64,000 nt of DNA from Octopus bimaculoides (lineage: Eukaryota). A program made the translations under genes and the position numbers. The stretch lies in contig NC_069001.1 of assembly GCF_001194135.2 (NCBI RefSeq), positions 28,515,998-28,579,997 on the forward strand, in the 5' to 3' direction. Of the stretch, positions 14,756 through 28,564 are shown one piece after another; position 1 is the first letter of the stretch, and every line of letters begins with the position of its first letter. The notes under the pieces were generated by a model. That model was given only the letters and a program-made list of their open reading frames with translations, was not told where the DNA came from and made no database searches.

Positions 14756-15825
14756 CTTATCCATCCACACATATATACATATGTATAGTGATAGGGACAG
14801 GGAACTGTGAGCAAATTATGTGCGTATGTATATTATTATGTATATATGCTTTTATCTATGAATATGCATATATAAATATATAACACATAACGGGACACTA
14901 ACGGTAATAGCTGTCTAACTTCCACAAATAGGGGTTGAATTTCATAGCTGAGGTCAGAGAATGATATGTTTAATAGCGCCAATGTTGATGGATGTTAAAT
15001 AGCGTCTTACTGAAATTAGTTGAACGTCAGAGAAGAATGCGAAATAGTTTACAAATGTGGTCAACGTATGTGTGCGATAAAGCAACTCATAAAACCCCAT
15101 CTATTGATTTATTTGCCGAATAGTCCTTGTGTTGCTAGAGTTTTAAAGCCTAATTTATTTTCCTTTTTGTTTTCTTTTGCTGTCTGGTCGCTGGTGTTGT
15201 TCAACCATAGGTCGTCGAATAGAGCAGACATTTCATCAAGTAAATTATGGATAGACTGTTTGATCTTTTGAACAAAGATTTAACGCGATACAATCCAGAG
15301 ATTGTTTCTTAAAATGTTTATTTGTTTCATGAAATATTTGCTACTATTTCTAACACACTGAACAACTACTTACAGGAATATTCTTTGTTTCCTAAGGATG
15401 TTTCTCTAATCGGTATGATATTTGTGTTTCTTATTTCATGTTCATCAAGTCAGTTGATCGACAAAATCAGAAGAACCCACGCGTTCTGCATTACGTGATA
15501 CTCTCAGACCAAGGTTTCTAGATTGTTACCCAACCTAAGTATTAGCTAATCACCGGCGAGTGATGAAGGCTTTCTCCGCTTGCAAATACTATACATCTTT
15601 TTTAAGCGACACTCATACACTGATCTCCTAAATAAAAAAAACAACTTGTTTTAAATCCTTGATCGTGAGATATGCGGTAACAGTACTGGACAGAAAAGTT
15701 TATTTTATCCCAAATAACGTGGCAGTCCTATCCTATACAAGGACGGTGTTACTATCTTTTGGCCCCCGGGGAAAATATATTTTCCAGTTGGCTATTGGTC
15801 AATATATATATATATATATATATAT

Positions 15826-16020
15826 AGTTCAAAAACACAATAACAAAAAAACAAAAAAACAACAAAGTGAGGACGTGATATGGATAGTATTATTGGACGC
15901 TCAGGAAAGGAAAGAGAGAGTGTATGACGTTTCGGGCGTAGCCCTTCGTCGGAAAGATGGAAAGTTCGGAGAATGGAAGAACGGAGAAAGAGGAAAATGG
16001 TACCGATGCCCACGAGAAGC
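15826..16020 (-). mobile_element. Penelope-like terminal repeat fragment
   Basis: The + strand gacgtttcgggcgtagcccttcgtcggaaa reads tttccgacgaagggctacgcccgaaacgtc on minus, a Penelope-type terminal motif. Related to 9150-9320. Confidence 0.4.
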
Positions 16021-16219
16021 AAATTAATCAGTTTGATCAGTTTGAGCAAATTGAACGACCTAAGTAAATTAAGGCTACTTTCGTCGAAGCCATTTCTGGA
16101 TATAACAAGCAGTGCACTTGAGGAATGGCTATTGTGTAGAGAATATCGATTCGACAAAAAGACTGACATAATAAATATCAGACTGAAAAATATATAGAGT
16201 ACGAGGACATAACCACTGG

Positions 16220-16264
<45 letters not shown>

Positions 16265-16390
16265 TATCGAAGAGTAATAGAATATAAAATATTTCTTCTA
16301 CAAGTGGCCTAGCGTGTGAAAGTTTAGTCCATAGACTATATATTATTCATATAAATACAATATACTTTTGAACACATATTTCAACACATA

Positions 16391-16523
16391 AAATAATTTG
16401 CTAGGTGAAGTCTTCATCAGCAGGTACACCACAGATTAAACATACATATTGGGTTGCCTCGTATGTGTATATGTTTAATCTGTGGTATACCTGGTGATGA
16501 AAACTTCACCTAGAAAATTATTT
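16391..16523. repeat. Long inverted repeat (about 56-bp stem)
   Basis: Left arm aaataatttgctaggtgaagtcttcatcagcaggtacaccacagattaaacata pairs with right arm tatgtttaatctgtggtatacctggtgatgaaaacttcacctagaaaattattt, with 4 substitutions. Confidence 0.95.
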
Positions 16524-16692
16524 TATTTGCTAATATAAGTCAGAAACCAATGGTTCAGGAGCTAGATGGTTAATATTTTATTTTTCATTCCTTTCGAAAT
16601 TTTATCCCTAACAGTGGTTTCGAAATTAGTTGTTCTTTCTTGCGTGAGGGAATCCTATGATGGATACCTCTTATGTGCTTAAATGTACACTG

Positions 16693-16725
<33 letters not shown>

Positions 16726-17366
16726 CCTGTACTTTGCTTTTCCGGTCTCTCTGACAATTTCCCTCCCATTGTGTGCCAGAAAAAAAGATAATGATAATAT
16801 TATTATTATTATCATTATTATTATTTGTTATTAATATTAAGTTTGTGCATATGTGTGTATCTCCGTATGTTTATGTAAGCATGTAATCTATGCGTGATTA
16901 TATATTTATGTATGTATGTGTTTGGGTAAACAGTTAAGAACATGTATATATATATATATATATTCAATTATGTCTAAATGTCTAATGTAGCTGAAAACAC
17001 CACCGTATGGAGGAGCGCATTGTCGATATTATTGATCCCTCTGCTCAATTGGTCCTTATTTCATCGACCCTGAATTGAGGAAAAATTAAAAAAATAATTG
17101 ATTTAAGCATGATGGGAGCTCATAACATAACGCTAGAAAACACAAAACCACATATTTATTAATTGCATGCGTACATAAAAATCATAAAATATTTTATTTG
17201 CATGAAGTTAAGCGAATGTGAGTTCTTTCTCCATAAAGGAAGACAGCAATTAAAACAAATGATTACAAAACGGGGGTGGGCGAAGCATAACTTATGCGTG
17301 TGTGTTCCTGTGTTTCTCTATGTGAGTGTTTCAGCGTGTGTGCACATGCGAGTGTATGCATGTCTG

Positions 17367-17415
<49 letters not shown>

Positions 17416-18168
17416 AAAGATGAGTAACGATAATAGAAACGCAATCGTACTATGTACTACACACCGTAAATACGTAGCATAAAAACAGCGCTTTCATTGT
17501 TATCCTCCACAATCATTAAAGTTTATGATATAATTCATTCTTATCTTATACCTCAAATTAGACGCTGAGTGCTTTCTGGTATTGTATGTAGAGGAACATA
17601 AAGTAAGGAAGTCTATTCGCAGCAGAATGATTTACTGTCCTAAACGAAATCTAGGTCACAAAATGCACACTGGCTTTGCAAATAAATAGACTGATCCTTG
17701 CATTGTAATTATTGAAAGTTGTTTGTTGCGATTCCTTAACGATTAGGTGCACGAAAGCAATGTAATTTCGCCAGAAACGACATATAATAAATATGTACTT
17801 TGTCGAAACCGTTCTTGGAGATCAGCTGGGTTGAGTAGTGCTGGTACGTAACATATTATGTACACGTGTCTGTGAGATTCTCTGAGTATATGTGAGAATA
17901 TTTGTGTTCGTCGGATGTTCAACAATGGCTACAATTACCGGTGTTTTCATTTCAGTTATCTTCTAGTAATTGCATCCTTTCATGTACGCCCGTTTCTCAC
18001 TCTTGTACTATAAACCTACTCACACACATGCACGTACGCATTCGCACGCGCAGACACAGAAGTCGAACGCTTCGAATGTTCACCAGCGAGAGTGTGGGAG
18101 AGAAAACAAATATATACATACTGATGTATCTACATATTCTTACACAATTACATCGAGATACAAGCATG

Positions 18169-18207
<39 letters not shown>

Positions 18208-19022
18208 ACACACACACACAGACACGCGAGCACGCGTAAACAGAATCACTCAATCGCACATATAACTTTTGTTTTAATTTTTATTATTTTTTCAATAGTT
18301 TCTGCTACAATATTATGGGCATGGAAAGATATAGTTCCCGTTATATTTGGGACAGAATAATAGAAATCAATCGTTAAGGTCGATCAATTTGACATTGTAT
18401 TTGTTCCTCGTTTGGNNNNNNNNNNNNNNNNNNNNNNNNNNNNNNNNNNNNNNNNNNNNNNNNNNNNNNNNNNNNNNNNNNNNNNNNNNNNNNNNNNNNN
18501 NNNNNNNNNNNNNNNNNNNNNNNNNNNNNNNNNNNNNNNNNNNNNNNNNNNNNNNNNNNNNNNNNNNNNNNNNNNNNNNNNNNNNNNNNNNNNNNNNNNN
18601 NNNNNNNNNNNNNNNNNNNNNNNNNNNNNNNNNNNNNNNNNNNNNNNNNNNNNNNNNNNNNNNNNATATATATATATATATATATATATATAGTGCATAA
18701 ACTCAAACGTTAAATACTTACTTGTTTTTTTATTGGGTGCAATTTCTTCGTAAACACCGTTTCATTGTTGCAGTTTCGTTCTCATTTCGATGATTTTCTT
18801 TGTCTAATTTCATATATGTTCCTGTTTCATCCTTATTTTGTACCAACTAAATGAGTGCCTGCTTGTATAATGTGTATACTTACATATATATCTACATACA
18901 AATAGTGTGTAGACGCTCACAAGTACATACTTATGTCTGTATATTTGCATACATATATGCATATATAAATACATTCATACACACATACATACATACATAT
19001 TTGTAATAATAATAATATTAAA

Positions 19023-19522
19023 CGAACTGATAGAAAGATAGATGCGAATTGGCCAGACATCATATTGAAGCACTTCAGACAAAAAGCATGCCTTCTCATC
19101 GATATGACGACCCCAATCCGTCAATACCTAACAAAAATTGAGCAAGTATAAAGATCTTGAAATAGAAATTAGTAAAATGTGGACCCTCGAGACTAAAACT
19201 ATACATGTTGTCATAGATGCCCTAGGAATGATGACAAATGGGGCTCATTGCTACCTAACTCAGATACCAGGAAATCCAAAAGTGGCAGAGATTACAAAAC
19301 TAATGCTCATGCGTTAAATTCTGTCTATGTAATCCCAAGCTTATAATTTTCTTGCTTTCGTAATTCTCTAGAACGATACTTTTTGCAAAACCAAATATAT
19401 GGCACCCTAGCCATCACGCCAACTTCAACTACTGGCTTGTTGGTCTCTTGAGGTCTCTGGGTGAGACTTGTAATCAACTTATACAAATACCAATCAAAAC
19501 TCAAGCAGATAATAATAATAAT
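19023..19522 (+). mobile_element. 5'-truncated Dong/R4-like non-LTR retrotransposon (RLE domain, 3' UTR, (TAA)n tail), frameshifted
   Basis: Translates RTDRKIDANWPDIILKHFRQKACLLIDMTTP, then after a frameshift KLSKYKDLEIEISKMWTLETKTIHVVIDALGM...QIPGNP. This fits the PD-(D/E)xK restriction-like endonuclease C-terminus of R4-clade LINEs (consensus recalled as NRPDI...LID.AVP...EKLSKYKDL.IEI..MW...VPVVIGALG). It ends in taataataataat. Confidence 0.9.
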
Positions 19523-22500
19523 CCAAGGATGGAATTTCTAAATACTCTAATGAATTTATAAATATTTATGAATTCCATACTTGAACTGTTGGGACGCAGA
19601 CGTTTTGAGATATCTGACTGGAAATTTGCTGTATTTTAGCCATGATCCAAATAAATTCAAGCAGATAGAGACTAGAAGATGAAGGGAGCCAAAGAAGGAA
19701 TATTCAAAAGAGCGCGAATGCTACAACCTCGTTGTGTCTTCGTTATAACCACGTAGCGAATACTGCAACCACGTCTATCTATGGATAGAAACGAAGTGAA
19801 AGAGAAAGAGAAAGAGAGAGAGGTAGGGAGAGACAAAGAAAGAACTGTTTTTATCAACCCCTCTTTATGTGCTACCAACGATAAAAATTTAATCTACTGT
19901 CTGTCCTACTTTGTCAAAACTACGTAAATTCTTTGTTAGAAATTGCTTCATTTTCACGCTTTGGCAATTATTTACCAACCACCATATGCATAAAGTGGGG
20001 CAGAAAGCTAAATAAAATTTGGTCTTTGAGTAGTGTAGTACTACTCCACAGCTAAACTAGTTTAGTAGCCGAGTAGCCGTGATTACAAGTTCGATGTCTA
20101 CTAGAAACTAAACAAACTTTTTGCCTGTGCAAACGGTTCTGGGGCAGTGAGGCTAAATAGAGAGACAAAATGACTGTGTTAAAACGTTAGCTACACCTAA
20201 CAATTCAGGATTTACAAATTGGTCTTGTATAGGTTCACATAGTATAGTGTTGCTACATTTCATTGAATGTGGAAGGGTGGAAGGCAGCCAAACTCGAGCT
20301 CAGCCTGATCGAACTCAGAATTTGAAGTGTTGTGAATAGAAAACCACAAGAAATATTAAATAGGTTAATGAATTAGTTTTCTTCCTTGTGTAATTGTATG
20401 AAGGAAAGAAAAAACGACAAACAGTATTAGGGTGTTAATTCCCATTTTTATTTTCTTCCTTCTTAACACAAATTGCATTGTTTATCTGAAGCAACCATAA
20501 AGAATTAGTGTACAATAACAAATATGTGGAATACATAATAAAAAGAGAAAGATACATTCGGGCTAAACCAATAACAAATAGAACTAATAAAGAAAATGAA
20601 CATAAGAGGCCTTGAGATGGTGTTGAATTGCAGAATGATTACTGTGTTGCTGAAAATAGTAGAGGTGAGAATTTTAATTTAAACAGCACCTTGATAAATT
20701 ACGATAAAGAAGGAAGAAAAACAATAATTTCCATTACAAAGAATAAATTTTTTTGTGAAAAAAGTGCACAAGATTATGTACACATACATAATAAATATTA
20801 TCAAATAAGAAAATAAAAATGATAATAAACAAAAGCATACAAATATGTTGTGCAAAAAAGTTTTCAATAATTAACCTAAAAATTAAAAATTAAAAGAATT
20901 TTTCACCCTTTGAATATAATAGGTCCTACCGAAGTTAATCTAATCTAGAGGTTACTTTAACATTTATGGAATTAATATATTTGATCACACTGTCGGAAAG
21001 AATTTCACTGTTAATTTAATAAATCTACCTAAAACTTTGTATTATGCAAATTCAGCAATTTGTAGGAGAACTGTACGAAACGAAACGAAACTTATCTTCT
21101 ATATGTTGTTCTTCTATATCTTCCTGAGATGAGAAAGGGTATTGTACGAGTCTCCTAGAAATCTGCCGAGAGAAAAGATGAAAGTCATCTTCAGCGCGGC
21201 GTCCTCAATTCTTGTAACTCAGTTGACTCTGTTAAATGCAGCCACGTGTCGGGTGTTGGCGTTAATCTACGAGAAGGATTTGTGTACAACTTATTCCATT
21301 CCATCCAGCATGCAGCCTACTGTTGATACTGCTCAACAGCCTACAACAGCCTGCTGTTCATAGGAGGGTCCTGAGAGTGGAGACATCAGGTACATCCTCC
21401 GTAGGGTCCTATCAGAAGTAACAGCATTAAAATTTCTCAGTGAATACCGAAGCGTGACCATTTCAGACTTAGGATATTATCTGACAATTTCTGTGCAATA
21501 ATTTAAGAGATAAGGAGTAATTCCTCGAAGAGCATAGCCTTGGGCTTAGTTGAATATTCAATTCAAAGGCGGATTAACCATTGGCTGTAGAGTTAGCTTG
21601 TGGTCATCGCAGGATTTAGTGGACAAATCAAATGACCAGTCATTTGAGTATTACAGTCTACATTGACGTGACATCAAAAGATTAAGACGTTCACTCTACA
21701 ATTTCTATGTATCTCAAAGCTACATATATCTTCAAGCATACGAGAATGCAATAAATCATTAATCGCAGGATTAATTAAAAAGAAAGCAAATGTGTTCTTT
21801 GAACGTATCCTAAGAATTCCTCATAGGTTTTAGTCATTTTTTTACCTTGTCGGTTAATACAATCAATCCTTTACTGCCAGATTTAAGATGAGTTTCAAAA
21901 GTATTGAATTATAGTAAACGAACACTGTATGGTATGACTGCTTCGTTATACAATGTTACCCTCGCCACCGCCAACGAAAATAAAACGTATGGATAGTGAG
22001 TCACTCCTAAATTTCCGAGGCTGCTAGAAGCTTTCTAAAATTGCTGCATAGAGCTATGATAACTAGACATATGCCAAACTATAATAATATTTAAATATTA
22101 CTTTTACACTAGGTGATTGATGTCGATGTTCTATGTGGCCATCAATATTCTTCTTAGATCAGGCGAGAGCGAATATATTTAGCCACTCTCTAACCCAATG
22201 TTTTGTATTTTATCGATTTATCATTAACTGTCAGATAACTTCACCCAAAATATTATTATAGCGTCTGCTGCCACGAAGCTTTATTTTTATTATTATCACC
22301 GTGTTTTCAACAGTTTTATGCGAGTTTCTAATGCAACATAAGATGCACCTTCATATTCCTGGTGTGTAAGTAGCACTGTCTGTTAGGAACATAGACGTGT
22401 GATTCTATTCTGTATCACTGTTGCATATCTGTGGGATTGTTGTACTTTCCTGTTGTCTCTGTCGTTATATCTCTGTTTCGAACGTTGTGGAAGCGTACAC

Positions 22501-24948
22501 CGTTATACTGGCTGGTGTTCTGTGGTTCCTATATGATGTGTGTTTAGAATCACCGGGGTTGAATGTTTGCGTACAGCAACTATTCTGTAGTAATATCATA
22601 CCATTATTCGGCAACCATGTAGGATGCGTTTGTGTGATTCTTTTTCTGTCTAGAATGTAGGGTGTCTATTATGATTACGTTTTGTACTGTTAGTTGTTTA
22701 TCGTGAACAGCATGTGTTTGTATTTAGTCTTGTTTATACGGTGTATTTGCTGTTTGAGGTATTCTGTTTCAATACAGCAGTGCTACGATAACGTATTTCC
22801 TTTGTGAGGTATTGTTTCATTCGGTAGGTATTCTATGTGGTGAGTACAGATGCTTTAATAGTTGATCTACGTGGCTGAATTAAATGCGGCTTGCACAAGT
22901 TCTGCCTAACAGGGCTATATTTGTTATATTTTGGACATTTCTTTTTATCATATTGTTTCAGTTATTTTTATTACTGGTTTTACTTTGAGGCCCTACATTT
23001 TGCACTTTTTGAATTTTGATAGATCATTTTAAATGATTCTCCAATTATTCATTGTTCAGAAAAGGACGAGTTGTTTATATTAAAACAGTCATTGTCTAGG
23101 CATTTCTTTATAACTAGCCCTAAATAGTTTACCTATAAATCATCCCCCGGATGGACTGTATAAATATAACCAGGCAATTGATATATCTCATTTCATGTAT
23201 TTGTTTATACAACCTCTTGTCCGCTTTCTCTTATCCGTTATATTCTTATCACATCTAACAGCTTTCAACTCTATCGTCTTAGTGGATTTACAAGCGGTTG
23301 GCAAAGACTATGCATCTGAAAATGATGTGGTTAAACGGCTCGTTACGCTGGATAATTAGTCAATATTTGATGCCATCTCTCTTTGTCATTATAGTATTTT
23401 TTAATTTCTTTGTCTTATGCAATTCTTGCGTCTTTAATGTCTTGTGAAATTATGTCCCGGCTATGATGAACCACGCTTTCATTTTCTTTATTGTTTCTCA
23501 CGATCACCAATATTATATATATTCTAGAGTTGTATAGTGCTGAAAATTAGATTGATGTCAATTTACTCTGTACTATTATGTGCTCAATATCCTCGTATAT
23601 TTTAGTTTTGTATTCGAAAACTTTGTTCTCCTGCATGTAACACTGAAATGGTCTTTTTAGAAAGTTTTTTCGCTTCCAATGTGTATTCTGTTGGTTAACA
23701 TGATATTTTTCTGTTTATTTGATCGCTTTTTCAAAGTAGTATTCCTTCTCTATTGTACTTTGTAAGTTAGATATTTATGTATTGTTCCATACTGTATAAA
23801 ATGTTCTCTTTCAATATTTAGGAGTGGAGTTTGATTGATTGTCTAATGCTAGAACTCTGTCCTGGATCCTACCACAGTTACTCAAAAGAGCAGCTCATTC
23901 ATTCTGTTGCAGCTTATTTCAAAATGTTCAATTCTTGGCCTTTTCTGGTTACTATTATTTATCCCTTCGTATGTATTGTCGCATAGCTATTGGAAAACCG
24001 CCACGTTGTTAGTTTTCAGAATTTCTTTTTTCCTCTATATATTCTATAAAACTTATTCACTGCTAAGTTTGCTTTGGATTGTGGTAAATGTTCTGCTTTT
24101 TCATAAATACAATGGTTCGAGTGCAGAGTTTCGTTGCGAATGTACTTGGCATAGTGGTTCCATGTAAATTCTATAAGCAACATCTGTTTTGTACAGATGT
24201 CTTCCGTTTCTCTGATTTCCTGTTTGTCCCTCCTCAACTGTTTAGCTGGTTTGTTTAAGCTGTCGATAAAAAGTGACGGAAATCATATGTACAAGATTTC
24301 AGAAGCAGTAAGTACTAGGCTCGATTACTTGACTAAACCCTCCAATTTGGTGACCAAACTTGGCTGCTGTCTAATAACTAAAGCAAAGATATATGTATTT
24401 TTGGTGCGGGTGTGCAGGCGTTTGTGCGTGTGTGATATACATATATTGCGACGGAAGCAAAAAGGGCTTGTGGTTTTTGCAAAAATGTGCCTGAGCTGGT
24501 CTCTTTGCTGAGCTCACTATGCACATACAACTAAATGTTTACGTCGCTCTTATCTCAAGTATAACTCTCATCAAGACGCGAGAATTGCATTTCATAATAT
24601 GAACAACATCGTCTCAGATTTATGTGCATCGTTTCTCCAACCTTACGATCGTGTTTGAGGGACGTATAACAGTGATTTTTTAGCATTTCTTCATAATTAT
24701 AGAGATTCCAAAATTAACTCGCTGTTTTAAACGTTAACTCAGCTGTGGTTATATACATTTTACATTTATTAAAATAATTACGCAGCCGGACAAAATAAAT
24801 TTCTGTGTATCCTAGGAAGATTAGTGTTTATCTTATCGTGACAGATATCATCAATTTGTGTTAAAAATGAATTGTTACTTACGTCGAAATCGATTAAAAA
24901 GTAGAAATTTGTTTCCTCTTCGTTCCATTTACTATTACCATTTTTCAG

Positions 24949-24992
24949 CTCTGCGTCAGTCCAAGTGATCTAAATGTACGTGAAAAGCTCAG
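24949..24992 (+). other. Candidate 44-nt exon
   Basis: Acceptor ttactattaccatttttcag and donor cag|gtaaag. One frame is open (LCVSPSDLNVREKL). No homology recognised. Confidence 0.3.
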
Positions 24993-25202
24993 GTAAAGTT
25001 GTAAACACGTATAAATGATAGGAAACGAAATGTGCCTTCATCTGTATGCGTTCCATATTTTATAATTGTTGTTTTATAATTCCTTCATAAAGTAAAATAC
25101 CAAGGGAAAGAATGGGGAGTTAAGTTAACAGTGTGTCGGATGAAACCTCGTGAATGCCCTAATAGTATATCTTTCAGTTATGAGTTCAAATCTGACTTTG
25201 AC

Positions 25203-25237
25203 ATTATTCATTATTCATTATTCATTATTCATTATTC
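25203..25237. repeat. (ATTATTC)5 heptamer tandem
   Basis: Five perfect copies read directly. Confidence 0.95.
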
Positions 25238-25779
25238 ATGGTATGCTCAGAATGCCTAATTACCGGTCAAGCATAGGCGTCGCTCAGTATTAAATATGCA
25301 AGAGGCAAACACAGAAATCAGCATTTGAAAATGTATCTCGGTCTTTCGCTATTATTTATATACAAACTCCTCTCTTCCGTTTGCGATTGCACGTCGTTCA
25401 TGTCAATAATTATGATGGCAACAGTAACAATATAAGATAACAAAAATAATAATAACAATAATAATAATTAAAAGTTTGGTCTCCACTGATATATCAAATC
25501 TTTGCGAGAGAAATGACAGTCAACCAATATTAAAGGTAACAGGAAACAAGTATTATTTATTTCACAAAAGAAAGAAGATAGGATGTCACATAACGCAGAG
25601 GAACAGATGCAAATCATATCAAAGGTGCTGTATGGTTGAAACATTCATTAGTGTTGCGTTATATTCAGAGCTCATATCCTGTCAAAATTCAGTTTGCTCT
25701 TATCATTGTGGGGGTTAATAGTAGCTAAATGTTTGCCTCTGTTACATTTTGCGTTTCTTCCACAAGTTCATTAACGAAG

Positions 25780-26080
25780 AATATGATAAATGTACAAGGT
25801 TGCACCTATATTCATTCGTATGATGCGTGGCAGTTTCAATATGTCCTGAAATATGACGCCCCATGCACAAATACAGACGACAGAAAAATATTGCAGTAAG
25901 CTTCCGATTAGAAAAAAGTCAAATTTGCTTTGCTGGTCACTGTCCGAGAAGTAAAGAGATATTTTGGAAAACTCTGTTTTATACACATCGACAAGGTTGA
26001 AGTCGCATCGGTTCACCTTGTAAAAAGTTCAACAGATGACCCTGGATGTTTAGGAAGGGACTCACCAAGTCATCGAATAT
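25780..26080 (+). mobile_element. Highly decayed RTE-like LINE, RT C-terminal region
   Basis: Fragments RMMRGSFNMS* and FAGHCPRSKE occur in the order expected from RTE-type RMLRAALNVSW...RRLRFAGHC.R..E, with stops and frameshifts. Confidence 0.5.
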
Positions 26081-26649
26081 ACAAACATGTGTAGAGCTAC
26101 AGTCATGCAAATCCGAGAAAACATGATGATGCGGACGATGATGAAGACGATGACTCCGTTGACAGTTATTGTGATAATGATATAGTTACAGGTAATTATA
26201 TAGTTACCGGTTATGACATTATTTTTTTATAATAGTATATGGCTCCCAAATACATTTATTTTATCAACAATATTCTTCGCATTGTACATCTACGTTTATT
26301 TCTAACATCGATACAGAGCATCACATGTTAAGGAGAAGAATATAGTGATATCTGATGTCCTTATACTTCAGATACGTTATTTAATCAACACCCAACAAGA
26401 CTGTTAGAATAAGAAGCAGAGTCAATCAAGTTTGCTTTTGATGTAGAAACGATGCAAAACAAAGCACTTCGCTGGATGTTGTAAGTTGTTTGAGTAAAAC
26501 TCTCGCCCTGAAATTGTTGACCTTCTTCAAAGGTTGTAAACACTTCAACTCGGAGAGATAATACAATGGTTACTGCACCAGAAAAAATATTTAGCAGCAT
26601 TTCCGCTGTCGCTTTACGTTCTCAGTTAATATTCTGCGGATTCTGTTAT

Positions 26650-26992
26650 TCTTTTATTCTTTTATTTGTTTCAGTCAAATTGACTGCGGCCATGCTGGAG
26701 AACTGCGTATAGTCTAAAAAATAACGACGCCAGGACTTATTCTTTGTAAGAATAGTACTTATTCTATCGGTCTCTGTTGCCGAGCCTCTAAGTTACGGAG
26801 ACGTAAACATGCCAAAATTGGTTGTCAAGCGATGGTGGGAGTACAAACACACACACAAACACACACATATATATATACGACGGGTTTGTTTCAGTTTCCG
26901 TCTACCAAATCCATTCACAAGGCATCGGTCAGCCCGAGACTATAGTAGAAGACATTTCGCCGAGGTGATCTAGCGGTGGGACTGAACCCGTC
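26650..26992 (-). mobile_element. SINE family A, near full length
   Basis: Tail cagtcaaattgactgcggccatgctggag, caggacttattctttgtaag...agtacttattctatcggtctc, short internal (CA)(TA), and head tatagtagaagac...gtgggactgaacccg. Confidence 0.88.
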
Positions 26993-27082
26993 ACCAATAA
27001 ATCCTAGTAGCCTGTGGAGATGACAAGAGTAAGCTACACTGATGTAGTACCCAACTCCTTGACACAATTTTTATGTATAATC

Positions 27083-27113
<31 letters not shown>

Positions 27114-27237
27114 CACACAAACACACACACGTATATTCATATGTATACGCACACACATATATATACATATATATATATGCATATATATTACATATACATA
27201 TATGTACATAAATGTATTTACATACATATATACATAT

Positions 27238-27274
<37 letters not shown>

Positions 27275-27301
27275 TATATACAGCTATATATGTGCATGTA
27301 T

Positions 27302-27352
<51 letters not shown>

Positions 27353-28140
27353 CAGGTTTTTCACAAGATAAAAAATGTACACACCCATGCAGAAAATACA
27401 CACACATATACATACAATGCTTATGTATATATATGTATGCATTTGCATATGACCGAGTGTATGTGTGAATGTGTGTGGTGTGAATTATGTGTGTTTGCAT
27501 ACTGACATCAATACTGTCAGCTGTCTTAGACAGAAGAAAAAAAAAGTCTTTTATTTCGACATAACTGCATATATCCTATGCACGTTTCTTCTCACAATCT
27601 TCTGTCGTGACCTCACGTTTGTTTTTGTTCCAGAGGCCATTTTCAAATAGCTACCACTTTCATTGCAAATTCTCTGTAGGTGAAGGAGGAATTTTCACGT
27701 GTACATATGTTTTCGTTTTCATTATTTTATCCGTTATATTTTACCTTTTTAACATATTTATTATGTTTCTTGTGCTATTTTTTTCAATACATGTTTTTTG
27801 CTTCTTTTATACCAAGTCGTTATGTTTCTAACGGAATAGACCAGTGAGGAACATCACGTTCCATCCAATTTGTTGTCAACATTTTTCAAATATATCAAAA
27901 ATATATAAAATGCTATACAGTACATCTTCCCGATTCAAGTGTATTCAAAGAGGAAAAATTGTGATTTTCTGTACGTCTGAATTTACATATTTACATGTGT
28001 AGACATACATACAACGTATACATGTATGCATATACGTAAGTATGTATGTATATGTGTGTGTGTGCGTTGTGAGTGTGTTTGTGTGTACTTGTGTGCGTGT
28101 CTAATGCACGCATATGTGTGTGAAGTAGGAAATATACACG

Positions 28141-28182
<42 letters not shown>

Positions 28183-28246
28183 CATACATACATGTATCTA
28201 TCGTTCAATTAATCTATATATCTGTGTATCGATATATACACACACC

Positions 28247-28506
28247 CAGAAAGTTACCCTTCCAGGCACAAGTCCGGGTAAGGTTGTTTATGGAAGACCA
28301 GCAGTCATCCATGCATACCAGCCTCCCCTCTCCACGCCACCAGTGTTATCCAAGGGAAAGGCAAAGGGGCCGATACAGCTTGGCACCAGTGACGTCACAA
28401 CTCATTTCTACAGCTGAGTGAACTGGAGCAACGTGAAATAAAGTGTCTTGCTCACGAACACAACACGCAGCCCGGTCCAGGATTCGAACTCTCAACCTCA
28501 CGATCG
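28247..28506 (-). mobile_element. tRNA-derived SINE family D (shares head and core with C, different tail)
   Basis: The + strand actcatttctacagctgagtgaactggagcaacgtgaaataaagtgtcttgctca...ggattcgaactc...cacgatcgt is the reverse of the C-type head and core. The left portion (ggttgtttatggaagaccagcagtc...ccaagggaaaggcaaagg) is unrelated to the C tail. Confidence 0.85.
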
Positions 28507-28512
28507 TATGTG

Positions 28513-28564
<52 letters not shown>

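Noticed and set aside
14268-14814. [12 protein letters not shown] ORFs here and throughout
   Set aside because: Translations of dinucleotide microsatellites, which lack stop codons.
21142-21363. 73-aa ORF in a GC-richer patch
   Set aside because: No recognisable domain, start context or splice sites.
22300-23900. Possible very old LINE RT on the minus strand, and a + strand peptide AFNSIVLVDLQAVGKDYASENDVVKRL
   Set aside because: Only scattered 3-4 residue resemblances and no diagnostic RT motifs; needs a profile search.
24285-24340. tttcag|aagca|gtaagt 5-nt microexon
   Set aside because: The gtaagtactaggct is a decayed SINE-A tail motif.
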